This document shows positions 34,301-47,814 of a DNA stretch of 64,000 nt, piece after piece. This DNA is from Felis catus. Its lineage: Eukaryota. A program made the translations under genes and the position numbers. The notes beneath the pieces were generated by a model that searched no databases, was not told where the DNA came from, and worked only from the letters and a program-made list of their open reading frames with translations. Within the stretch, counting starts at the first letter, position 1, and each line of letters begins with the position of its first letter. The DNA lies in assembly GCF_018350175.1 (NCBI RefSeq), contig NC_058368.1:110734001-110798000 (forward strand). The letters run 5' to 3'.

Positions 34301-37300
34301 GGACAGGGTGGAATAAATAAGGGCTCAAGTACAGACATGGGATAGAAAAAAAGAATGGAGGGGTTGACGCTAGCACCGTGCTCGGAAAGAAGTAGGCACT
34401 CAATAAATATTTGTCAGACCTTTCAGTGAATGTTTCTGACTGGTGAGATCAGGAAAGCGCTTCTCCCAATCTTACACCCCGCGGCTTGGAAGGATGCTGA
34501 TAGGTGGAGACGGAGAAGTAAGGATTTCCTGGCGAGGAACAGCCTGGGCGAAGGCTCGGCCACCTGTTGAACAAGCAAAGTGCAAATTCACACCATATTT
34601 GGCTGAAACAGAGTCATGCAAACTCTTCCACTAGCTCTGTAGTCACATGAGCAGTTGCCACCCTGCAGAAAACATAGGTACAGGCAGAAAGAAGAGAATA
34701 GAAGCAAAGAACAGTGGCAAAAAGGGTCATCTATGAGCACCAACTGTAAGCCAGGCACCGTTCTGAGCCCTGAACACGGAGGTCTCTGAAATAGACCTGT
34801 ACTGTCATTATCCCCATTTAGTTTTCCTTCAGGGAAACAGCCCCAGGGAGGAAAAGTCCTTTGGCCCCAGGTCAGCAACAAAGGTGGATTTGAAGCCAGG
34901 CAGCCCAGCTCCTGACTGATAAGGGCAAGCAGACTCTGCCTGAGGCCTCAGTGATTCTGGCTGGTTCTCTGCTTACTGAGCAAGACCCTAGCCTTCCTGC
35001 TCAATCAAGTGGCCAGCGAATGACCCCAGTGCCCATTTACTCACGCCTCCTAGAGGCCACTGGCTTTCTGCTTCTGACTTTATTTTGTCCCCACCAACCT
35101 TTGAACTAAGTGCAGCTGTTAGTTACTAAAACCAGGTGAGGAAACTGAGGTTCAGACAAGTTTACTCACACAGTTAGCAAGTGACAGAGTGGAGACTTGA
35201 ACTCAGATACATCTGACTCCAAAATCTGTGTCCCCCAACTTCTCTGCAGCCTCTCTGGGTTTCACCCCATGCCTGGGAATTCCAGACTGTGAGTAATTCA
35301 AACATGTCTGAAAAAGTCAAAATCACTATAATTTCCTAAAGACTTTAATGGAGGCCGAACATCTCACTTCAAAACAAAGAATTTATCAGCAAAACTGCCA
35401 CGGAGGCCTCTGAGTCACTGTCTCGGGCTTCTCTCTGTTTTGGAGAGGGAGCTGTATGTAGAAGCTCCAGCAGGGGGGCCAGGCTCAGAAAACCAACATT
35501 GGGATTTGCCCCTCAAATGCCGTTCAGTCCTGGGGTAATGTCTTGAGTTTTCCGGCTCTGTGTCCTCATCTAGAAGATGCACAGGTCTCTCGGGGTGATC
35601 TCCGGCACTGACTCTAGACCTCACAGCTCATGCCTGTTCCCCTCACTCATCTCCACTGCTCCCCTGCCACAGAACAGAAGTGCTGTACCTATAGCACGGA
35701 TGTACGCTTCAGTACATTCACTCCCGGGCCTCAGGTTATCAGGGATTTTCATTCGAACCTTCTTTCCTGGTTGCAGGCTTTGCCTCTTCTCAGGGACCAG
35801 CAGAACTGCTGGAATTTCCCTGTCGGACGGTTCACAGATTTGACCAGGGTTTGCCAGAGACACCTGCAGCAAAGGCCTCTTTCTAGCTCCCGCGCAATCA
35901 TCCTTCCAGGGGATAAAGGTGATTTATGGATTCCCCGTCCTGAGTCATAAATCTGCTAGCGAACTGCTGTATTTGGGAATGGCAGTTGCCCTGGCCCCTG
36001 GCAAACCTGAAGGCACGTGAGTCATCGGAGCACAGGTGCACCTCACTGGATCGAGCTGCAAAGTTGGATGTAAATGGAACCTGCTGCAACTGCCCTGGGG
36101 GAAGCCATTTACTTCTCCTGTGGGTAAGATCACTGCCTAGTCTTCATCAGGCTGGACTACCACATATCGGGAGTACTGACGTAGAGTGAGGAAGGTGTGC
36201 ACCGTGACGAGACCGACACATGTGCACGGGTGTGTGTCCCCTGCACGGCCACATGTGTCCCCTGTGAGCAGTACCCACAGAACTGCCACGATCGCCCTGC
36301 GTGTATGCAGTGTGTCCACAGGAAAACAGGCCAGGCAGAGGGACTCCAGGCTGGGCCAGGTTGGTGCTACACAAGTCAGAGCTGAGAATCCCATCTAGTC
36401 CCAAGCCCTACAGACCTGTAATTGCCCAGAGGGCCTGACCAGGTCTCCTGGATGTGACTTTAGACTTTCCAAAGTCAGCCACAGGAAGCGTTCCAGAGTT
36501 CCCACTAATGTCCTTCATATCAGGCTCAGAGTAGTAGGGTGGGCAGGAGAGAACAGGTCTCCGTGCAAGGCAGAGACCTACACGCACACAGTTCTAGGTG
36601 GAGTAGGGGTGAGGCCACTCTCGCCTCTGCCAAGAGGGGGATAGAAACCTCCATAGAGGGACAGAAAGTGGCCACAGCAGCCCCTTTCCTGTTGGCCATC
36701 CCCTATTCTGGGAAACACTGTGGGAAACCTTTGATCGTGCCCCAGCGGGAATCCCCTGCCTCATTTGAGAGTAACTGTTACTTTCCCGTAGTCCCAAGCT
36801 CCAGGTCCACTGAGGTGTCCCATAGATGAGGGCTGTGTGATCCCAGACCACGGGGGCCAGCAGAGACGTGGGTGGGCTACAGCCACCTTGCTGCTTGGTT
36901 TAAAGCACAATCAACAGGGCTGGGCACCACCTCGTCCCAACAAGAACGAATCATCTCCAGCAGGAGCTCATGGACCCTCCTTGCAGGGACACACGGATTT
37001 AAGTCCCAGTCTGTTCTGGGCCTCGACCTCCAAACTGCCTACCTGGGCAAAAGGTGTGAGCACTTGACATACGCCTTGCCTGCTTCTCCTCTTTTCTCAT
37101 CGTGGTCCAAACAGCGCAGACACTGGGACAACGATAGAGCTTCTCCTAGTCCAACCTCCTTGGTCAAAGCCGTAGGATTGAAAAGACATGAGATGGGGTG
37201 GTTGCCTCTGTGCTTCCCACAAGAGAGGCCCATGTCCCCACACTCTAAGGCAGGTGAACAGAGTGGGAAGGAGCTGCCCCTGGCCCCATAGCTGCCATGT

Positions 37301-37495
37301 CCAGGGCAGAGCGCACAGTGATGGGGCCTCTCAAGGCCACTGCTGGGTTCCTGGCCAGACCGGGAAGGGCTGTGACAACCCAGAGAAATGTTTTCAATTT
37401 TAACCAAGACCTCTGGCATTTCCTACACACAGGTGCAGGAACCAGGGGTACCCCATTTGGGAACACTAGTTTCTCTTGGAGTCTAGCCCCTTCCC

Positions 37496-37740
37496 CAGCA
37501 TTTCAAAAGCATTCAACAGATGTGCCTTATAACAATGTACTGCAGTAAAAAAATAAAATAAAAAAATAAAAAAATATATATACTATAGTCAAATACATTT
37601 GGAAAATTGGAGCTTAAATAAAACCAAATGAGCTTCTTCTGAACAGAATATCTCAGAGCTTTTATTTAATGTGCTAATATGCATCTCAAAAATCTAAGAG
37701 GTTGGAGTAGGCTGTTTCCTGGATTGCTTCTGACCTTTTT
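37496..37740 (+). mobile_element. MER103-like hAT element
   Basis: gtcaaatacatttggaaa...tctcagagcttttatttaatgtgctaatatgcat; a similar copy at ~54534-54950 is split by a SINE. Confidence 0.55.
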
Positions 37741-37876
37741 CTCATGGAGTTTTTCACAAGACTGGGGTTTATTGAAATCACCAGGGGACCTGCTTCTATA
37801 CCTAATGCAGCCATCCCCTCCCATTCTCCCAGGGCCCCAGTGTGCTGGGAGAGGCTGATGAGGCACAGGGACCAGA

Positions 37877-38082
37877 GCTGTGCTCCTCTGAGTAGTTGCC
37901 ACTAGCCATGTGCAGCTCTTTTCATTTCAATTCATTAAAATTAAACCTAATTTAAAACGCACTCCCTCAGTCACACCAGCCCCATTCTAACTGATCAGAA
38001 GGCACATGTGGCTGGTGGCTACCATACTGGATGGCACAGAGAACATTTCCATCGCTGCAGAAATTTCTATCGGACAGTGCTG
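37877..38082 (-). mobile_element. MER3 hAT-Charlie element
   Basis: gccactagccatgtg...cacatgtggctggtggctaccatactgga...gaacatttccatc...tctatcggacagtgctg. Confidence 0.8.
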
Positions 38083-39639
38083 ATGAGAGTCTCAGAGAGC
38101 CCAAGATATAAGGCCAGAGCCACACAGTAATTCCAAGAAAGAGCCAGAGCAGCTCTGGCCTTCTGCCCTGGCCAGGGAATCTGACCACCACCCTCCCTTG
38201 AGCCCTAAGCAGCCATCGGACACTAGTTACCGAGTCAGACTCTACCCAGATGGAACAAAGGCTTGTCACTGGAGCTTCAGTGAGGGGCACGCTTCCTCTG
38301 GAGACGGCCTGACTCCCACACTGACTCTGGTTCCTTCTCAGGGCCTTCCCTGCCAGGCCCAGGGTGCCCTCACTCTTCATGCCAGGTGACAAGGCACCTA
38401 AAATGTTGCCTCTGCCTCCAGCCCAGGCCCCAGGTCTACAGCTTGACTGAGCAGCGTTAGCTTTGGGATTTGAGGCAGGTTCCAGAAGCCACCTCTGCCA
38501 AGGCTCTCAGCATTATGAAATCCCCAGTCTGGGGGCTGGGCAGGGGTGTGGAAGGAGTGTGGGAGGGGTTTGTGGGCCATTTGTCTCCCATTCATGCAAT
38601 CAAGGATACTCTGTTTTCGTTGCCACAGGCTTTCCACCCCACCCTCCCATGCTGGCTTTTTCGGGAACATAGAAAAGGGGTTTTGGCTTCCCTAGGGAGT
38701 TCCACACCCTTTGCTGCCCAGGGCAGTGCTGCTCTGAGACTGGCAGGCTAGGTGGATGGGGTGCCGGTCTGGAGGTTAGCCTCTAGCAAGGCAGCGAAAG
38801 ACCCCCTGCCCATTGTTCTCTCTGCGCATCTGGCAACAGGTCCAGGCACCACTGGGCTTCTGCTGAGGGATACTCTGGACCCCAGGACTGGAAAAGCTGC
38901 CCCTACTTGTCAGCTCTCTATGGACTTGAGCCACACACAAGGCCCGGAGCAGCCATCAGATCTACTGAGGTCTCCCCTACCCCCGCCCTTTCTGCCAGTT
39001 CTCAGATCTCAAGGCTTCCCTAAGGCGTCTGTCCTGCCTCAGGAAAAAGGATCGGGGGCACTCCCTTCCAGGTGAACTGGCAAGGCTGGGAAGCTAATCT
39101 CTGCAGGAAGCCAAGCCCACAACAACATAGACACCCCATGTAGCTGTCTTGTTCTGCCAAGATGTAGGTCAAGGCACCCATGAATATGAACTTACCCTGG
39201 CTGGAAGTAGGTCCTCAGGAAGTGACATGTCCTGCCCAGTCACAAGAAAGCAGAGACCAGTTCTAGCTGCCCATAGCTTGCTCCACTTGGGCCCAATAGG
39301 GCCACTGTGTCACATAACTCCAGGGGGCACCATTCACATTACAGTCTATGGAAATGACACTCCTGGAATTGTGCCTCCTACAACAGCTTGGAACCAGGCT
39401 TGCTGTCTGTATTGCACGATGGCTAGTTTGACTTTTCTCCCTAGGAGTGGCTGTTTCAACCCAGAGTCCAGCCCTAGAGCAGGCAGTCCCAGGGCCTCCT
39501 CTCAGGGCCTCACCCAGTTCCTCACTGGGCCCTTAGCAGAGGTCTTCAGTAGAGGATGAGGGGAAGGGCACAGGCTGGAAACTCATGCCCTGTGGCTCTT
39601 TCTCTAAAAAAGCATTTCAATCATAGGCATATTCCTGTA

Positions 39640-40770
39640 TTTCAATAAGCACTCTTACGAACTCGTAAGAAGCCTGCCAACCGCCCCCAAAATGGGCAAA
39701 GGATACAGGGGGCGGGGTGATTCACAGATAAGGAATTAAAAAATGGTTCTTAAACATACGAGAAGATTCTTACCTTTGGTACATGAGAGAAATGTAAATA
39801 TAGCACAACGCTATCTTTCTCCTGTCAGAACCGAAAAGACCAAAACATGTTATAAAAGTAAGCGTTGGTGAGGCAGTGGGGAGCCGGGACCATCCTAAGG
39901 GGGAACTGCCCATCTGGAGGCAACTTGACCACTGCCATTACAGTCAGAAGCACTCAACTGCTGGGGTGCCTGCGTGGCTCAGTCAGTTAAGCGTCCGACT
40001 TCGGCTCAGGTCATGATCTCAGGGTTTGTGGGTTTGAGCCCCATGTCGGGCTCTGGGCTGACAGCATGGAGCCTGGAGCCTCCTTCAGATTGTCTCCGTC
40101 TCTCCGCCCCTCCTGTGCTTGTGCTCTGTCTCCCTCTCAAAAAAAAATAAATAAACATTAAAAAAAATTTTTTTTTTTTAAAGGAAGAAGAAGGAGGAGG
40201 AGGAGGCGAAGCACACAGTCTCTGTGACCCGGCATTTCCACAGCTGGGAATTCATCTCCAGATATACTTGCATGTGTGGGAAGTGCTGAGTGGACAACAC
40301 GATCCACGGCCAGCACTGCTTGTCACCACAAATATGGAAACAACCTACATGATGATCCAAAGAGTCCTGAGTCATTAACGGAAAGTTCACGGACACAACG
40401 GAATGCTCCGCCACTCCTGGAGCAGATCGACTGTCGCCTCTGCAGACTGATAAGGGCATGATCTCCACGATGTGTCGTTAAGTGAAAAAAAACCAAAGTG
40501 CAGGACAGTATGTTTAATACGCTATTTGTGGCAGGAAAAGAAGATTGCACACAATGCAAACGCATATGCTTGTAGGTGGATGAACTATCTCTGAAAAGAT
40601 ATACAGGAAAGCAGAAAGAGCGGCGGCCTCAGGGAAGAGGTGGGGCGGGGGTGAGGGGTAGAAAGGAAATAATTTTCACTGCATAATTGTTTGTACCTTC
40701 TTTTTTGTACCTTTTGAAGTTTGTCCCTTACCTATGTCGCCTTCTTGTAAGATAAATGAAATAAAATGCA
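39640..40770 (+). mobile_element. Old L1ME-type fragment with a SINEC at 39963-40180
   Basis: aaaatgggcaaagg...ttcacagataaggaa..., ggaaacaacctacatg..., SINEC head at 39963. Confidence 0.65.
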
Positions 40771-40879
40771 AGAAAAACTCCTTTGAGGCACACATTTCCC
40801 ATTTTCCAGCCCCCAGGCTGGTCCAAGCTCCACCTTCTCATAGATTTCCCCCAGACTGTTTCTTTTCATTTTGTTTGTT

Positions 40880-41095
40880 TGTTTTTTTTTTTATGTTTAT
40901 TTATTTTTGAGAGAGAGAGAGAGAGAGAGCAGGGAGGGTCAGAGAGAGAGGGAGACATAGAATCTGACTGATGTAGGCTCCAGGCTCCGAGTTGTCAGCA
41001 CAGAGCCCAACGTGGGACCTGAACTCAGGAACCATGAGATCATGACCTGAGCCAAAGTCAGACGCTTAACCAACTGAGCCACCCAGGTGCCCCCC
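40880..41095 (-). mobile_element. Carnivore SINEC
   Basis: Poly-T, (GA)n and reverse body ending ccaggtgcccc. Confidence 0.88.
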
Positions 41096-41366
41096 AGGCT
41101 GTCTGTTTCTGTCTGGTCCCTGGAAGACCCTTGCCAGTGACTTGGAACATCGGTCTTTCCACAGCACCTGGACACCCCGCAAGGCACCGGGTGGGGGGTC
41201 AGGTGGAGGAGTGTGTGTGGTGTTACCCAACTTCAGGAAAAAGAGGCCAGGCCAGAGCCAAAAGCATCCTTTTTTCTTCTCTTGCAGCTTTCAGACCTCC
41301 ATAATTGACTGTTTTCTCTTCACATTTATTTTTTATTGTGGTTAAAAAAAAAATGCATAGCATACT

Positions 41367-41588
41367 GGGGTGCTTAGGTGGCTCAGTCGGTTGAGCGTCT
41401 GACTTTGGTTCAGGTCATGATCTCACAGTCCGTGAGTTCGATGAGTTCGAACCCCACATCAGGCTCACTGCTGTCAGCATGGAGCCTGCTTCAGATCTTC
41501 TGACCCCCTCTCTCTGCCCCTCCCTCACTTGTGCACTCTCTCTCAAAAAAAAAACACACAAAAACCAAAAAAAAAACAACTTTAAAAA
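41367..41588 (+). mobile_element. Carnivore SINEC
   Basis: ggggtgcttaggtggctcagtcgg head, internal tgagttcga duplication, A-tail. Confidence 0.85.
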
Positions 41589-43043
41589 ACCCCATATAAC
41601 ACAAAATTGACTATATTAAGCATTTTAATTGTACAGGTCAGAAGTGTTTGGTATATTCACATCATTGTGCAACAGATCTCTAGGGCTTTTTCATCTTTCC
41701 ACACTGAAACTCTATGCCCACAAAACACTGATTCCCCTCCTCATTCCTCTAGCCCTTGGCATCCACCTTCTTCCATTGGGCTTCTGTGCCAGAAGCACTC
41801 TCAATCCCGGCTGGGAAGATGGGCCCAGGACCAAAGGTCCCAGGGTTCCTCGCAGAGTATGCACCCGTCCTTCACACACAGGCAAACCCACCCTGCCCTC
41901 CTTTAGAGACAGCATAGCTTCAGGGTTGAGAGTGTGCACATTCCGGCTTTCCACTCACAAGGCTGTATGTCCTTGGGCAAGTCTCAGCCTGTTTCCAGCC
42001 CAGTAAAATGGCAACTCGCTCAGATAATGGTAGCTTTCTCTCCATCGGGTTGGGTGATGCAGAGCACGGTAGGTGAGTAGCCCAGCCCATAGTACAGGAC
42101 CAGCCAGGGCGGGCTTTGTGCAGCATTCTCATGCTAGAAGCTCAGCTCTCAGTCCCACTTCTCAGGATGCAGGCATCTGGCACCCATCCTCTACTGACGT
42201 TGCTGTATTGTGAGGGAGGCACTGTCCTATGTGAGGTCAGAGCCTTCCCAGAGTCTTGACAGATATTCCTGGAAGAGAGAGGGTAAGACTCTAGGTCACC
42301 ACAAGTCCCCAGGAAAATCCCTGCCCTCTGAAGTTCCTCACTTGGGGTCTGTGGAATTGCACGCACAGCTGGGCAGATGTGGGTGTTTTCCCTGAGAAAG
42401 GCTCCTGCCTCCATGAGACACTCGGAGGGCCCGCAACCCATCGCATGGTCAGAGCCCTCCTTCCCCTGCTACCTGGCACCTGAGAGCTCTTGGCTGCCTT
42501 GGCCCACCCTGCACCCCCTCCTTGTGACGTGGGCTCTCTGCCAGGCCTGACCAGCAAAACCCAAGGCCATGCGGAGCACAGCCAGGGCTCTGGGCCAGGT
42601 GGAAACGGAGCTGGGGCGATGTGATTGTAAGCAGCGCACTAGTGTGTGTACGTGTCACTCCCCGGAGATCAGCTCTGGGTGATCACACCGGTCCTTGGAC
42701 CCTTAAAGCTGACGATGAGATCCCGCTGACCTCCGTACCACCCTTCCAGGCCCCCCAGCCAGCCGTTACTGAAGAGGGGAGCTTTCAACAGAGCTTGAAA
42801 AGAAGGTGCAGCGAGGAAGCTCTGGCAATGAGGAGAGCTCTCCACCGCGTAGCCTGTGCCTTGGCAAGTTAGAAAACAGCACACTCTGTGGCCTCAGTTT
42901 CACAAAAAGGCAAAAACACATACATGTGTGGAAGAGAAAGTCTGGAAAGAAGTACGTCAAAATCTTAAGAGGGGTCAACTCTGGATACTGGAATTACAGA
43001 TTACGTCTATCTTAGTTTCGACAATAAATACATATTATTATTA

Positions 43044-43243
43044 TTTTTTAAGCTTATTTATTTTTGAGAGAGAGAGAAGCAGAGTGTGAGCAGGGGAGGA
43101 GCAGAGACAGGGAGGGAGCAGGCTCTAGGCTGTGAGCTGTCGGCACAGAGCCCAACACGGCGCTCAAACCTACGGACCGGACCTGAGATCATGACCTGAG
43201 CTGAAGTCGGATGCTTCACCGACTGATCCACCCAGGTGCCCCT
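43044..43243 (-). mobile_element. Carnivore SINEC
   Basis: Reverse SINEC body. Confidence 0.85.
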
Positions 43244-43265
43244 AAATATGTATCATTTTTTAACT

Positions 43266-43491
43266 CAGTGGTTCTTAACTGGGGGTACATCTGTCCCCAA
43301 AGGGACATTTGACAACATGTGGAGATGGTTTGGGTATCACAACAGTGAGGGAAGGGGTACATGTGTGCTACTGGCATCTAGTGGGTAGAGGTCAGTAATG
43401 TTGCTAAACATCCTACAACACACAGGCCTGTCCCCACAACAAAGGATTATCTGGCCAAAAATGTCAATAGTGCCAAGATTGAGAAACCCTG
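43266..43491 (+). mobile_element. MER20 hAT-Charlie element, near full length
   Basis: cagtggttcttaac...gctactggcatctagtgggtagagg...aatgtcaatagtgccaagattgagaaaccctg. Confidence 0.88.
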
Positions 43492-46400
43492 GGAAAAACA
43501 GCAGAACTTACCCTGACGGACAAACAGAGCTGGAGAAGCAAGAAGCCTTCAAGTGATTTAGCCCATCCGACTGCCTAAGCAGCCAGCTTCTCATCCACCT
43601 CACCTTGTTTGGTTAGACGTTTCATGGGCTCTCCAGCAGGCAAACCGAGGCCTGGCAAAGGGGCTGGCAGCCCCCTGTCAGGAAGCTGTAAATCTCCTGG
43701 GGCCTCGCCCATGGCTGGAAGGTTACGGCCCCCCAGCACCCCTTCCCCAAAGCATCTCGAGTTTCACCTCCTCCCAGAGCTCATCCCTGTCTAATAAAAA
43801 GATGTCAGCACACATTAGTACTGACTGCCAGGACCCTTAACATCATCGCAATCAATGAAACCCCCAAGTTCTCAAACATCCTGTTCCCAACATTTTGACA
43901 ATGACATCCTGTTTTCTTTGGGAAGGAAACCCAGGTTGGATTGATTAACAAATACAATCATTATTTAACCTCAGAACTTGGTTTTGAAATTAATTTACAA
44001 TAAAAGAAAACGTCCATGCTAAATAATCTCTCTAATTATATGTTAAGGGCTCAGAAATGGAAAACATTCAGGAACACAAAAAGGCCCAATCGAGCTCATT
44101 AACTTTGCTTTGCCTCTAAAGTATCTCTATGGTAACTCACAGAGAGTGGGGGGGGCGGGGGGGGCAGGGGGGAGAGAGGAAGGCTTTTAAAATCAGATCA
44201 CCAAGAACTTCACCCAGAGCAGCCACAACACAAAACTCTTTTAAATAAATCTTCAAATGATGAAATGGTGAGGGTGAGTTTCCAGTTGCAGCCGGGCACA
44301 GGCATAGGGAAGCCGCCTCTTCCTGGAAGCCCTCTAGGTGCACCCTGGAGAGGTCAGTCCAGTGGCTGTTCTTTACACCCACATCTATGGTGGAGAGGTT
44401 GACAGCGATTGGGCCTCAAGGTGCTCCTCAGGGCTGAGGGAGAGGACAGGAGCAACAGTGTGTTTGTCCAGAATGAGGCCAACAGCCTCTGGAGATGATG
44501 GCTGCATTTTCCCTGCAACTGTGGTCCAGGGTCCTAGGGACTTTCCCATGGGGACCCGAACAGGACAGGTCTGGCCAACCCCAGCCTTCCTTTCTCTTAG
44601 ACCAATCCTTTGCCAGCTTCTGCCAGCACTCCCCTTTCACCCTCCAGCCCTCTGTGCCTGGACAGATGGTGATGCCCTGTGTGGGCCTGACCACGAGCCC
44701 CATCCTCGTCACAAAATGATCCTTGGCTCCAGGCTCCTGAAGCTTTCTGCATGAGCTTGGCCTGACTGTGTCATCCGAGCTGTCTGCAGCCAGCACGAGT
44801 AGCGGGTTAAGGTGCCCACCCTAACCCCTGGAAGTTCAAATAGACTGGGGCACTGGGGAGGAGGCAAAGTCCAAACGGGGCACGTTTTAGTCCATAAGGG
44901 GCAGGAGAATAATCCAGCCAGGTTGGAAGTAAAAACTGCCCTGGATTTAAAGTTGTGATGTTGGTGTCTATGCAGCAGGAGTGAGCAGGCCAGGCCGGAC
45001 CCTAGGCTCTGATCCTGCAGCCTGATAAATAAACAAGGTCAGGCGCTCTGGGGCTGCCTGAGTTGGAGCAGGAAGGCAGGGTGGCGGTGGGGGTGGGGGT
45101 AGGGTGGGGAACTCTGAGGCAGGAGAAACAGACCCTCGTGGAGAGAAGATGGCGGGAAGGAAGAGAAAGGAGGAGGGGAGAAGCAGACAGGTAGGAAAGA
45201 CAGAACTCCTTGAAACTCACCAGCTCAGGGCTGAGTGTGCTTCAAGTAGAGCCCAGACTCTGAGAAGGAAAGCTGTTTGGAGGAATAAAATTTGGGTCAC
45301 TAGAAAAAGCCAATATCTGGCTGGGCCTGGTTTGGGGGACGGACTATATTTTGACCTGCCCTTTGGTTGCCACAGAATTACCCTTTGATGAGACCTGCTC
45401 CTTAACTTCCCAGAAGTTAAAACTTGTCTGGTTCTCTGGGCCCCGAAGGTCCCCTTCAGATATATGGTGAGGAGGCCAGGGCCCAGGGGTCTTTTTCACC
45501 CCCTTCTTCTCCACATTCCCTATTGGCTTATCTTCCCTGCACTGCCCACCCCACCACCCCCGTCTGAACAGCCTGGGACAGCCTTGGTAGAGCAGGATAT
45601 CATGTGCAGGGAGTTTGCTGGGTCTCTGCCAGCTGCTAGACAGCCCCCAAAGCCCCTCCCTGGAGTCAGCTTTTCCCAGCCTCCTTCCTTGTCTCACCAG
45701 AATCTGTGGGTCCGGTCCAGGGTTTGAGGCTGCATGGGAAGAGGGCCATCCCACATCTCCCAAGCCTTGCTGGGACATCCTGGCCCTTTGGCTGGCCCTG
45801 TCCATCCAGTAGGCCCTGTGTGCCCAGCGTTGTGCATAGGCCACAAGTGGAGAAAACAGAAGCATCAGGATCCTTTTTATTTGGTCATTTAGACTTTAAG
45901 CCCTACCTACTTCTCATAAAGATTTGAGGCCCCTGGAGAGTACTGAGTGCCCAGGGGTACAGACCCAGGCGGATTTCCTGCAAGAGGAGGAGTAGGTGGC
46001 AGTGGATAGGCCAGAGGCTGTGGCTCTCCCTGCAGGCAAGTGGACGGAGCATTTTCTGGAAGGCACAGGCCCCCTTCACATCTGACCCAGCAGAAGGGCT
46101 TCTAGGGCATAGGCTCATTGCTATGTCATTTGCATTCTGCTTTCATGTAATGCATAGGATGGAAAATCCCCCTCAGCACTGGGCCCAAAAATTATCGTCC
46201 CTAATGCCTTCCTCCCATAGCTGCAGCACTGGCTGGCAGACGGGGAGTCCTGCCCATTCTCTGGGCCTCCTGCCTTGAGGTGGCAGCTGCTGTGAAGGTG
46301 GTGGCAGCAGCAGACACAGGCCTCGCAAAACAAGAGACTTTCACATGTGACTCACACTCCCTAGGACCAGAAGCAAAATGACGTGTGAAAACCAGAGCCG

Positions 46401-47091
46401 CCTGAGTCTTCTCAGGGGAATCCCCTCAAGTTTCCTCCCCATTTCACTCCTTTAAAAAACCCTGGCATGGCCCAGCACTCAAACCCTCCAGGAAAGTGCC
46501 ACATTCTCCCAGCTATACTGGGCAGGGGCCATGCCATCCAGGCTGGCTTCCTCGACGTTCTCCCCCAGGGTTCTAAGGTCTTGGGAAATACTTGGAAACA
46601 GAGAAATAGTGGGAAGTGGATGGGTCCCCAGGGGGGAGCCCAGATGGGCCCTCCTGAGCAGTTCTGCCTTGGAAGTCCCAGGCAGGGCTGCTCCATCATG
46701 TTCCCAGCCTGGCTTCCTCCTTATAATCCATTCTGTGAGCCACCCCTTATCCTTGCAGTAAACTGCACTTCTGCAGGGGATTTCTGTTGCTTGCGCACAG
46801 TCATCTCATGGCTCATGAATGCAGGATGCTCCAAAGCCGTTAGCAAAGGCCACCTTCAGCTCCTGACATACCTGAGGCTTTTCTGCCTCCCCCAGTAGAC
46901 CAGCCTGGCCCAAACCCTGCTCCTGTCAGCGGACAGTGGCCTGACCTTGGGGAGGCCCTTCCTCCCTCTGAGTCCCTGGTTCCCTCACCTGTAAGGAAGC
47001 TGGTCATGAAGAAACGGTAAAGATTAAATGAGATGATAGACAGCTGACATATCAGTGGGAACGCAGCATTTGATTTAAATGTCATATCTCT

Positions 47092-47122
47092 TTTTTTATT
47101 AAAAAAATGTGTAATGTTTCTT

Positions 47123-47157
<35 letters not shown>

Positions 47158-47331
47158 CAGAGTAGGAGCAGGGGAGGGGCAGAGAGACAGAGGGAGACAC
47201 AGAATCCGAAGCAGCTTCCAGGCTCTGAGCTGTCAGCACAGAGCCCGACACATGGCCCAAACTCACGAACCGTGAGAGCATGACCTGAGCCAAAGTTGGG
47301 CGCTCAACCAAATAAGCCACCCAGGTGCCCC
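47092..47331 (-). mobile_element. Carnivore SINEC
   Basis: (GA)n and reverse body. Confidence 0.88.
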
Positions 47332-47814
47332 ACTAGTGATTTTTCTGATAGTGTCCTCTCATTATTATTTTCATTGTTATCGTTAGAAGCAAGAACAACA
47401 TGGTTTCCTCATGCATTATCCCGTGAAGTAGCAAAGCAGCCCTTGTTATTCCCCACTTCACAGGGAGGGAAACTAAGATCCAGAGAGAGTGGGTTAGTGG
47501 TGGGCTCCCAAGTCAGGCTCCCTGGGTTCAAATCTCATCCCCATCACCATGAAGCTGTGTAACCTTGGACCAAGGTACTTGTCCCCCCAGAGTCTCTGTT
47601 TCCTCCTCCGTGAAAGGGGGGCAATAAGACTGCCCACATCACGGGCCACGTATTAGAATAACACCAAGGAATTATCATTCACTTTTTGAGGAAGTGATAA
47701 TGGCTTTGTGGTTATGTAAGAAAGTGTTCATATTTTTAGAAATATATACTGAAGAACACAAGGGTGAAATGACATGATGTCTGGGATTTGCTTTGATGTA
47801 TTTAACTAAAAAAA

